Source: Spirillospora sp. CA-142024
GTDB lineage: Bacteria > Actinomycetota > Actinomycetes > Streptosporangiales > Streptosporangiaceae
Direction of reading: 5' to 3'
Length of the DNA: 32,000 bases
Assembly: GCF_050942325.1 (NCBI RefSeq)
Contig: NZ_CP192077.1
Span: forward strand, 8,662,121 to 8,694,120
The notes under the pieces were generated by a model. The model was not told the origin of the DNA. It was given only the letters and a program-made list of their open reading frames with translations, and did not search any database. This document shows, in pieces, positions 8,364 through 15,766 of this stretch. Positions within the stretch are counted from its first letter, which is position 1; every line of letters starts with the position of its first letter. The position numbers and the translations under genes were made by a program.

Positions 8364-8711
8364 TCACATCTCCTCGGGGGCGTCCGCGATGACGGCGCCG
8401 TCGTAGGTCATCAGGGCGTTGTGGCGGGCGTGTACGGCGTTGGGGATCGCGATCGCGCTGTAGGTCACGGGACCGAAGTCCCGCATGGCGCGGTAGTGGC
8501 GGCTGTACGGGTCCGGGGTGAAGACCTCCGCCCCGACGAGGGCCGCGATGCGGTGGATCTCGGTTTGCTGGGCCCGGTCGCTGCCCTGGGCGAAGACCAT
8601 GAGTTCCGTGCTGTGGGGCGCCGGCACCTCGGGATGCGCTTCGAGGAAGGCGGCAAGGGCGCGAAGACCGGCGATGAGTCGCGGTCGCTGGTTCATGTCC
8701 GCGTACGGCAT
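8364..8711 (-). CDS. Hypothetical protein, first gene of the transfer operon (115 aa)
   Basis: GAGAGGGG precedes the ATG at 8711 (MPYADMNQRPRLIAGLRALAAFLEAHPEVP...). The longer tracked ORF to 8834 would run through the operator-like region. Confidence 0.55.
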   Translation of the reverse strand: MPYADMNQRPRLIAGLRALAAFLEAHPEVPAPHSTELMVFAQGSDRAQQTEIHRIAALVGAEVFTPDPYSRHYRAMRDFGPVTYSAIAIPNAVHARHNALMTYDGAVIADAPEEM

Positions 8712-8764
8712 GTGGATCACCCCTCTCGTCCTGTCGCGCTCTTGGGAAGCGCGAGCACATTCAT

Positions 8765-8880
8765 ACTGTGCGCGCACAGTCGTGCGCGTCAAGACGTTAG
8801 CGCACACTTTCGCGTCAACAGCTTCGCGCGTCATGATGTGCGCGGACAGTTGGACGCATACAGGCGTGCGCGCTAGAGTG
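8765..8880. promoter_or_regulatory. Divergent promoter/operator region with a perfect 16-bp palindrome and iterated GTGCGCG heptamers
   Basis: actgtgcgcgcacagt (8765-8780) is a perfect palindrome. GTGCGCG recurs on the + strand at 8768, 8782, 8838 and 8866. The region lies between the minus-strand transfer operon and the plus-strand GntR gene. Confidence 0.45.
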
Positions 8881-8924
8881 ACGGGGGACCAAGCATCGAC
8901 GCAGGTGAGAGGAACCGATCGATC

Positions 8925-9746
8925 ATGGCTGGCACGACATCGCTACCAGCGGGCGCGCGTGCAGGGGGTTCCAAGCCGAATCTGTACGAGGTGATTCGGG
9001 ACCAACTGATAGGCGAGATCGAGTCGGGCCGATACCCGTCCGGCGCTCTGCTCCCGTCGGTCCGGGAGCTCACGGCGAAGATGGCCATCAGCACCACCAC
9101 GGCCCGTAAGGCGCTCGCTGAGGTGGTCGCGGCCGGCTACGCGCGCCCAGAGGGGACGCGTGGGCACGTCTCGACCGGTTCCCGTGCCCAGCACACCGCC
9201 GAGGACGCTCGCCAGCCGACCGAAGATGCGGCGGGGGACCGTCCCGCAGGCTTGATCATCCGGCCATCCGTGACCATCGCGTCAGACGGATTCGCAGGAT
9301 CCGAGACGGACCGGACAACGATCGACGTGCGCTCCGAACCGGCACCTGCCGAGGTCGCCATTGCGCTGGACCTCAACGACGCGACCTCGCCCGTAGTGGT
9401 CCGTAGGCGCCTCACGACTGACGAGCACGGGACACCGGTAGAGCTTCGAGCCAGCTACCTGGATCACGACTTCGCCCAGGGCACCGCGCTTGCCGAACCC
9501 GAACCCATTACTGGCTCATGGGTAGATGCCCTTGCCTCCGCAGACGGCAAGTCGTTGGGAGCGGCACAGCGCCACGTCTCAGCACGTCACCCAACCGACA
9601 CGGAATCGGCCATGCTCGGACTCCGCCCCACGGCCTGTGTGCTCGTCCGTACAGAGACCACGCAGGACCAGAGCGGACGCCCGATCGACCACACAGTCAC
9701 GGTATGGCCCGCCGAAAGCACACGCCTCAACCTGGGGAGCGAGTGA
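8925..9746 (+). CDS. GntR-family (HutC/UTRA-type) transcriptional regulator, Kor-like
   Basis: N-terminal winged HTH YEVIRDQLIGEIESGRYPSGALLPSVRELTAKMAISTTTARKALAEVVAAGYA. The C-terminal UTRA-like part ends ...GRPIDHTVTVWPAESTRL. Confidence 0.85.
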   Translation: MAGTTSLPAGARAGGSKPNLYEVIRDQLIGEIESGRYPSGALLPSVRELTAKMAISTTTARKALAEVVAAGYARPEGTRGHVSTGSRAQHTAEDARQPTEDAAGDRPAGLIIRPSVTIASDGFAGSETDRTTIDVRSEPAPAEVAIALDLNDATSPVVVRRRLTTDEHGTPVELRASYLDHDFAQGTALAEPEPITGSWVDALASADGKSLGAAQRHVSARHPTDTESAMLGLRPTACVLVRTETTQDQSGRPIDHTVTVWPAESTRLNLGSE

Positions 9747-9925
9747 TGACCGCAGGGGACACCAACGCTCAGCCATGTCCGCATTGCAGCTCAAGTGACA
9801 TCGAGGTCAAGACGAAAATCGACCTCGCGTTTGGTGAGGAAGTTCTATATCGAGCCTGCCGGAACTGTGGCAACGAGTACGACCACGGACTTCCGTCGGC
9901 TGATCAGAAGCGCGACGATTCCTAG
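9746..9925 (+). CDS. Small zinc-ribbon protein (59 aa)
   Basis: The ATG overlaps the GntR stop (TGATG at 9744-9748). MTAGDTNAQPCPHCSS...CRNCGN gives two CxxC pairs. Confidence 0.5.
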   Translation: MTAGDTNAQPCPHCSSSDIEVKTKIDLAFGEEVLYRACRNCGNEYDHGLPSADQKRDDS

Positions 9926-10681
9926 TCGATCGTCGTCCGGTATTGGAATTCGTACCGATCAGCACGGTAAATGATCTTCGCGACCTCGACCGGTGTGTCT
10001 CCCGCCCAGAACGTTTGCCATATCTGGATCACGGGGACACCCGCCGGAATGTCGAGCTGCGCCTCTTCGTGTGGTTCGGGCATGCGGACTTGCAGAACCT
10101 CTTCTTCCACATCTACCGAAGTAGCCGATCGCGTCGAATCGCGGGACAATTCCCTGTCCGCCGTACGGCCCTTCGTGGGGCGACTCGATCTCAGTGCCAG
10201 CCGTGATCGCGAGAGGCTCCCATGCCACGCTGAAAGAGACAGGGCTCCCGCCCATGCTGATTGCATACGAGGTCTCGGTAACAGGGTCGCCCTCGTCGAT
10301 GCCGAGACGTTCCGCAACGCCGGCGGGAGCCTCTGCGCGCTCCGTGGAATGCTCCATGTGGAGTTCCATACCCGCGCGGTCCGACTCCTGTCGATACGCG
10401 GGCTTGGCATGCGGACGCTGGAACCGGTCCCAATGGGTTCTGACGAGGGGCGGGCTCTTCGCAACAAAGGCGCCCTGACCTGCCAGGAAGTAGATTGCGC
10501 CAACGTTCCTCAGTGCGATGAGCGCTCGACGCGCCGCGCTCAACTCACAATCCCACCGCTGGGCCAGCTCCTGAGCGCTTGGCAACGGCGAATCAGGAGT
10601 CAAGTCTCCGCTCTTGATCTGCGACTGAAGGTCGTCGGCGATGGCCTGATACGGGGAGCTTTGCTGATCACGGTCGACCAT
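9922..10681 (-). pseudogene. Second GntR/HutC-family regulator, interrupted by a frameshift near 10111-10130
   Basis: The N-terminal HTH (YQAIADDLQSQIKSGDLTPDSPLPSAQELAQRWDCELSAARRALIALRNVGAIY) and part of the UTRA domain are in the frame of ORF 9959-10681. The conserved UTRA end (VDVEEEVLQVRMPEPHEEAQLDIPAGVPVIQIWQTFWAGDTPVEVAKIIYRADRYEF) is in the frame of ORF 9922-10503. Confidence 0.7.
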
Positions 10682-10764
10682 GGACGGATTCTCTCATAGA
10701 CGGAGTGCGGTACGGGGCGCCGCACTGTGGCCGGTTCCAACCTGTTCGTGCACGCAATGCCAGG

Positions 10765-10977
10765 TCAGATCAAGTCGTGCTCACGATCCTTGACGCGACG
10801 CACGAACGCTCGCCATTCGGTCGCCGCGAAGATCAATATTGGTCCGTCCGGGTCCTTCGAGTCACGCACACCGACCGCAGGTGCCGCGCTCGCCACCTCA
10901 ACGCATGCTCCTCCGTGGTGGTCGCTACGGCTCGCCTTACGCCACCGGAGACCCGTGGGGTTCGGCAAGTTCATCAT
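10765..10977 (-). CDS. DUF397 domain protein (BldB-like)
   Basis: WRKASRSDHHGGACVEVA...VGVRDSKDPDGPILIF...EWRAFV is the canonical DUF397 pattern. The start overlaps the upstream XRE stop (ATGA). Confidence 0.85.
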   Translation of the reverse strand: MMNLPNPTGLRWRKASRSDHHGGACVEVASAAPAVGVRDSKDPDGPILIFAATEWRAFVRRVKDREHDLI

Positions 10978-11816
10978 CCGAGTTCCTCCATCAAACTTTC
11001 GATCAGGCGACGGGACTCATCAATTCGGAGCGCGTCACCTCGAAGCAAGTTGTACAACACCGCACACTCTGCAACGGATTTCTTCTCCTGGAGAAGCATC
11101 CCTTGCCCACCAGCTTCGATGTAGGCGACATCGGTCGAGTCCGCAAAACTGAGCATGATGAAGCTCCCACCCAACCCGGGGTAGTACCCGGCATCCTGCG
11201 GGACGACATCGATCCACACGTTGGGCAACTCGCTAATGGAGAGCAGATGCTGAAGTTGCTCACGTACCACCGTAGGGCCACCGATCACACGCCGCAAAGC
11301 GAACTCGTCGATCGTGAACCATGCTTGAGGTGCGTCCTCAGCAGTGAACAACTCTTGCCGCTTCAAACGGTCCTTCACGAGTTGATCCACCATATCCGGT
11401 CTCTGATTACGTCCAAGCACGGTTCGAATGTAGCTCTCCGTCTGCAACAGCCCATTGACCATGGCAACGTCGAACGCCCGAATGGTAGCCGCTTCCGCTT
11501 CCATTTCGAGGTACTGGTCGAACCCGGGAGGCCGGATCGTCCGGTGACGTGTGTCGATGATGCGCTTCCAAAGGCGCGAGAATAGACCGTTCGTCCTGAA
11601 AAAGGTGTCGAGGTCCTGGGCGAACTTCTCTGAAGGAATGTTCTTGCCGGCTTCGATCTGGCCGAGCCATTGCGGCGTGTATCCGAGCTTCTCGGCCAAG
11701 TCTTGCTTGCTCAGCTGCGCTTCCGAGCGCCACGCCGTGACCTCTGCCGCAAATGTCTGGATAGCCGGATCTTCGTACGCTTCACGCCGTGATCCCATTG
11801 CCGACTCCTCTACCAA
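10974..11816 (-). CDS. XRE-family HTH regulator with a DUF5753-like C-terminal domain (WhiJ-like)
   Basis: HTH LSKQDLAEKLGYTPQWLGQIEAGKNIPS, followed by a long C-terminal domain typical of actinobacterial WhiJ-type paralogues. The start may be Met7 (11798). Confidence 0.85.
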   Translation of the reverse strand: MVEESAMGSRREAYEDPAIQTFAAEVTAWRSEAQLSKQDLAEKLGYTPQWLGQIEAGKNIPSEKFAQDLDTFFRTNGLFSRLWKRIIDTRHRTIRPPGFDQYLEMEAEAATIRAFDVAMVNGLLQTESYIRTVLGRNQRPDMVDQLVKDRLKRQELFTAEDAPQAWFTIDEFALRRVIGGPTVVREQLQHLLSISELPNVWIDVVPQDAGYYPGLGGSFIMLSFADSTDVAYIEAGGQGMLLQEKKSVAECAVLYNLLRGDALRIDESRRLIESLMEELG

Positions 11817-12026
11817 ACCCCGGTGGGAGGTTTCGTGGTCCGGGGCGGAGGTTTACCGGACCCGTTTCGGGGTTCGTAGCCGAGAGTAACTCACGCTTGC
11901 GACTCTGGTCACGGCATTTCAACAGGAAACCGGAGGCGACAGTTCCCCATGGCGAACACCCGCCCACCGCCCGGTGATCATCACCGGTTCCATCCGACAT
12001 CCGGAGACACTCCAAAGGTCGTATCG

Positions 12027-12422
12027 ATGCACGCAACCCTTCTCGCCCCCGAAACCCCGCCCCTCGTCCTCGATCCCACCGTGAACGCGCCGGCCCTGGC
12101 GCGCCGCTTTCTCGCCGAACGCTTCCGCGAGTGGGGCATCGAGGACGACTCCGACGGCCGTCTGGTCGTCTCGGAGCTGGTCACGAACGCCCTTCTCCAC
12201 GGCGCCGGACAGATCGTCGTCCGCGTCTACCGAGACGAGAGCGACGGCATCCCCGTAATCGAGGTGTGGGACCAGGGCGACGGCGCGCCGGTAGTCCGTC
12301 CGGAAAGCGACACCCAGCTCAACGGCCGAGGACTCCTGACCGTCGAGGGCATCGCGCTCAAGTGGGGCACGCGACCGATCACCGAAGGAGGCAAGATCGT
12401 TTGGGCGCGCGTCGCTTCTTAG
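12027..12422 (+). CDS. ATP-binding protein of the anti-sigma-factor kinase (HATPase_c-like, AbaA orfD-like) type
   Basis: ARRFLAERFREWGIEDDSDGRLVVSELVTNALLHGAGQIVVRVY...IEVWDQGDG...GRGLLTVEGIALKWG. It is divergent from the XRE/DUF397 pair. The ATG at 12027 is chosen over the upstream 11949. Confidence 0.8.
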   Translation: MHATLLAPETPPLVLDPTVNAPALARRFLAERFREWGIEDDSDGRLVVSELVTNALLHGAGQIVVRVYRDESDGIPVIEVWDQGDGAPVVRPESDTQLNGRGLLTVEGIALKWGTRPITEGGKIVWARVAS

Positions 12423-12505
12423 GGCGGGAGCTGGTCACCCGCGCGCGTGCCCTCGTCGAGCGCCACACCCTTCGATGCCGTACCCGCATCAGCCACAACA
12501 CCGCG

Positions 12506-12799
12506 TTGCGGTACCTGGATGGGCTCGCCGTAGTGCTCGAAGCGTCCGGCTGGCGATGCGTCCGCCTCTACCGCCCCGATGGGTTCCCGATCTCGCTGCC
12601 AGTCCTGCGGGTGTACGCCCCTGGTGCGGAAGACGTCGAGGTCTGGGTTCACGTCCGAGCAGAACCCGACGGCCGATGGAGCTACTACGAAGCTCGACAA
12701 GGACACGGAACCGGCGGCCACATCTACCTCTGCGGAGACGCGAAGGGAGCCGCCGAAAACGTCGAGCACAGACTCAGAGCCCGAATGTACCTCTGCTGA
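12506..12799 (+). CDS. Hypothetical protein (start uncertain: CTG 12431, TTG 12506 or GTG 12533)
   Basis: The frame of tracked ORF 12131-12799 has strongly GC-biased third positions after 12422 and a protein-like sequence (LRYLDGLAVVLEASGWRCVRLYRPDGFPISLPVLRVYAPGAEDVEVWVHVRAEPDGRWSYYEARQGHG...). The upstream part overlaps the ATP-binding gene out of frame. Confidence 0.3.
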   Translation: MRYLDGLAVVLEASGWRCVRLYRPDGFPISLPVLRVYAPGAEDVEVWVHVRAEPDGRWSYYEARQGHGTGGHIYLCGDAKGAAENVEHRLRARMYLC

Positions 12800-13172
12800 A
12801 ACCCCGAGACGAACCCCCGACTTCCGCCAAGAAGGCGCGCAGAGTCGGGGGTTCCGGATTACCGGAGTAATCGAATGCCTCGCGTCCGCTACGCCCTGCT
12901 GTGCCCCCTCCGCCCCCTACTGCGCTTCTATCTGACCCAACAGAGCGAGATGCACATGGAATCCTCATTCCGCTGCATCCTGCTCCGGGAAAATCACGAG
13001 GCACAAGTTCACTGGGACAAAGCCGAAACCTTCAGGATGGCTGCCGAGACCCTGTCGACTGATCAGCCGGCCCCTACCCCTCCCACCCAGCTTTCCGCAG
13101 TACGAGTGTTCATCGAGGAGACGCCGGACAGCTCAGATCCGACTTCGTGAGCCGTCCGGCATCCCAGAGCCG

Positions 13173-14132
13173 CTATCCCAACACCGACGCTTCGAGGGCC
13201 ATGCTGAACTCCGGATCGATCTGAGTCGTGAGATCGACCCCCACAGACTTGTTGGCCCAACTCTCAGCGTTCTTGACGTGGAACTCCGCACCCTGCCGAG
13301 AGAACTTCTCCCAGTCCTTCGGCTGCGCGTCCACCTCGGCCTGAAGGCGTCGCAGCACCTCCCGCCCAGGACCGTCGAGCGCGCTGAGGTCGAAGGGACG
13401 ACCTTGCTCCATGGCCCGAACGGCCGGTTGGTGCCCCATGCACGTCAGCAGGTCATCCCCCACCTGCGAGCGTAGGAACGCCTCGTCGTCGCTGGTCTGG
13501 ACCTTGTTGCCCACGACCGCGATCTTCACCCCGAAGTCCCGCGCGTGGTCGGTGTACTGCTGGTAGACGGCTACGCCCTTCCTCGTCGGCTCGACGACGA
13601 GGAACATCACGTCGAACCGCGTGAACAGCCCAGAGGCGAACGTGTCCGCCCCCGCCGTCATGTCCACGACGACGTACTCTCCGGGACCGTCAACGAGGTG
13701 GTTGAGGTACATCTCAACCGCTCCCGTCTTCCCGTGATAGCAGGACACCCCAAGGTCCTTGTCGTCGAACTGGCCGGCCGCCATGAAGGTCACGCCACCG
13801 AACCGACGAGACATGGCATGGATCGGGTCGTCACCCCCGATCCGCAGGAGCTTCGAGCCGCGCCCTGGTGGCGTCGTCTTCACCATTTGAGCCGCGGACG
13901 CGATACGAGGGTTATCGCCCCTGAGGTACTCCTTGATGACGTCGAGGTGCGCTCCCAGCGCCGGCACGCTGGCGACCTCCTCATCACTGAGCCCCAAGGC
14001 CGCGCCGAGGTGCTGATTGATGTCCGCGTCGATCGAGACAACCGGCACCCCCTCCGCATCCAGATGACGGATGAACAGCGACGACGTAGTGGTCTTCCCG
14101 CTACCGCCCTTACCCACGAACGCAACCTTCAC
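13173..14132 (-). CDS. MinD/ParA-superfamily P-loop ATPase, CooC-like
   Basis: VKVAFVGKGGSGKTTTSSLFIRHLDAEGVPVVSIDADINQHL is a deviant Walker A of the Mrp/MinD/CooC type; YVVVDMTAGADTF is a Walker B-like segment. GGGAGGG precedes the GTG at 14132. The tracked ORF extends to 14261. Confidence 0.8.
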   Translation of the reverse strand: MKVAFVGKGGSGKTTTSSLFIRHLDAEGVPVVSIDADINQHLGAALGLSDEEVASVPALGAHLDVIKEYLRGDNPRIASAAQMVKTTPPGRGSKLLRIGGDDPIHAMSRRFGGVTFMAAGQFDDKDLGVSCYHGKTGAVEMYLNHLVDGPGEYVVVDMTAGADTFASGLFTRFDVMFLVVEPTRKGVAVYQQYTDHARDFGVKIAVVGNKVQTSDDEAFLRSQVGDDLLTCMGHQPAVRAMEQGRPFDLSALDGPGREVLRRLQAEVDAQPKDWEKFSRQGAEFHVKNAESWANKSVGVDLTTQIDPEFSMALEASVLG

Positions 14133-14462
14133 GAACCCTCCCAAAGAGACGATGAAAACCGTTGTCGTTGCTCCAAGTGTCCTCGGAAGCAAAGCACGTC
14201 GCAAGCGGTTCATCACTGTCCGTGTCGACAGAGCCTCCCACCGCAGGCAATTTGTAAGCATTTGCGCAAAAGCGATAGGCGAGAAGACGCTTTAGCTGAC
14301 GAATAGCCCTCAAAGTGATGGAGATTCGAGCATCAAACCAGAAAAGGGGTTTTTGCTCAGCCATGCAGATGGAAACTTCTACTACCCGAGGCGATTCACT
14401 GACCGCCACAGACGAGCGGCCGATCTGATCGACAGAGGGCAAATTCAGTACTAGATCAAAAT

Positions 14463-14900
14463 TCAGTCTAGATGATCTCTTAGACGGGCTGCAATTGCAT
14501 CAGTATCAGCGATCGACGACTCCTCTACATGCTCCCACTCCGTCCCACCATCGGGCAACGTCCCGGCAACATGGAAATGAACGTGAGGAATCGTTTGATG
14601 TGCAGGGATACCATTGTTCTGCCAAACAGCTACGCCTCGGACTTTATAGGCATTGCTGACTGCTTTGGCGGCCGAGATAATAGCAGGCATGATAGCCGTA
14701 GCTTCATCTTTTGTCAGATCGATTAGGGTAGGCCTATGTCTTATTGGCATTACCAGTAGATGTCCTACACCGCGCTGCTCTCGCGTCACCAAAGTAGCTA
14801 CGGCCTCAGTTCTTGTGAGAATGGTAAACGGTCGAACCCCTGCCAAGTATTCACAAAATGGGCAAGGCCATATCTTGGGGACGTCCAGCGATGCATTCAT
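14463..14900 (-). CDS. HIT (histidine triad) family nucleotide hydrolase/transferase
   Basis: CPFCEYLAG near the N-terminus, GHLLVMPIRH, and the histidine triad QTIPHVHFHVAG. The ATG overlaps the stop of the upstream Macro-like gene (ATGA at 14897-14900). AT-rich composition. Confidence 0.85.
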   Translation of the reverse strand: MNASLDVPKIWPCPFCEYLAGVRPFTILTRTEAVATLVTREQRGVGHLLVMPIRHRPTLIDLTKDEATAIMPAIISAAKAVSNAYKVRGVAVWQNNGIPAHQTIPHVHFHVAGTLPDGGTEWEHVEESSIADTDAIAARLRDHLD

Positions 14901-15763
14901 GACGGCTTAAGCGACCTTAAGAAGGCTTGCAATTCCAGCATATCGAGATTGTCGACATCCGAACTCCTGACCACAATATTTAGCCGATCGGCGACCTTCT
15001 CTTTGCGGGAGGCAAAAATATATGACAAAGCAATGAAGCGAATAGAGTCCTGAGCAGGGAAATATTGAGAGATGCGAGCTTGCCCGCCCCCGATTACTGC
15101 GACCGAGATAGGGTCCCCATTACCCTTCGCCCGAACCTCATCCCACAGATTATTCAGGCTACGCCAGACACGGTCGACGCTCCCGCGTACCTCATTTCGT
15201 TTATTCATCTCCGTGTAAGCTACACAGAAGTACAGGCGGCGAATCGAGGGCGAAATCGCAACGACTGTCCCGACAGGATAGGCCACCTGCTTGCCTGGCT
15301 TAGCATCTTGAGGCGTGAACCGATGGCTTTCGTTGTAAGGGGCGAGCCCCTGCTCTAAAGCCCTATCAAGCGCACGAATATCATTGCGGTAGACTCGCGT
15401 CAGAAGCTGCGCCTGCACACCTTTTTCATCGATGATATGTGGGATCTCGGTGTCAAAGGTGTCCGTCATACCGATGACTATGTTTCCTTCCTGTTCAAAT
15501 AGATCTCCTTCGACAATATGAATTTCGGTGTTGGGAGACTTATACTGTTGCCGCACAGGTCTAGGCCAAGATCTATAAAGACCATATGTAGGTGATATCA
15601 GGAGGACTGTGCCTACAAAAAACACTCCCATTGGAGGAAGCGCTTTTGGGAACAGTGCAGAAACTATGCCCGCAACCACGGCAAAGAAGCCGACGCAGGA
15701 CAAAGTCTGAGTCGAAAACCTTGCCCAGAAGCGCTTTTTTGTCAGGTCCCTTACAATAGCCAC
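14897..15763 (-). CDS. 2-TM membrane protein with a C-terminal Macro-like domain (type II Thoeris ThsA-like effector candidate)
   Basis: Two N-terminal hydrophobic helices (LSCVGFFAVVAGIVSALF, MGVFFVGTVLLISPTYGLY). Then IHIVEGDLFEQEGNIVIGMTDTFDTEIPHIIDEKGVQAQL...VAVIGGGQARI, which resembles the ThsA-type Macro domain. The GTG start sits directly after the TAATAA stop of the TIR gene. Confidence 0.6.
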   Translation of the reverse strand: MAIVRDLTKKRFWARFSTQTLSCVGFFAVVAGIVSALFPKALPPMGVFFVGTVLLISPTYGLYRSWPRPVRQQYKSPNTEIHIVEGDLFEQEGNIVIGMTDTFDTEIPHIIDEKGVQAQLLTRVYRNDIRALDRALEQGLAPYNESHRFTPQDAKPGKQVAYPVGTVVAISPSIRRLYFCVAYTEMNKRNEVRGSVDRVWRSLNNLWDEVRAKGNGDPISVAVIGGGQARISQYFPAQDSIRFIALSYIFASRKEKVADRLNIVVRSSDVDNLDMLELQAFLRSLKPS

Positions 15764-15766
15764 TTA

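Noticed and set aside
8002-8760. 252-aa minus-strand ORF spanning three smaller genes
   Set aside because: The product is Arg/Pro/His-rich nonsense for most of its length and is out of frame with RBS-supported genes at 8136-8360 and 8364-8711. Only its last 45 codons (the zinc-ribbon peptide) look real.
12950-13150. Possible small ORF (MHMESSFRCILLRENHEAQVHWDKAETF...) convergent with the CooC-like gene
   Set aside because: It has moderate GC3 bias, but no RBS and no recognisable motif, and the tracked start at 12875 looks implausible. It is left unannotated as unresolved rather than called.
14110-14442. 110-aa minus-strand ORF in the gap between the HIT gene and the CooC-like gene
   Set aside because: It overlaps the 5' end and RBS of the CooC-like gene out of frame. 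It crosses the sharp compositional boundary and has no RBS or motif.
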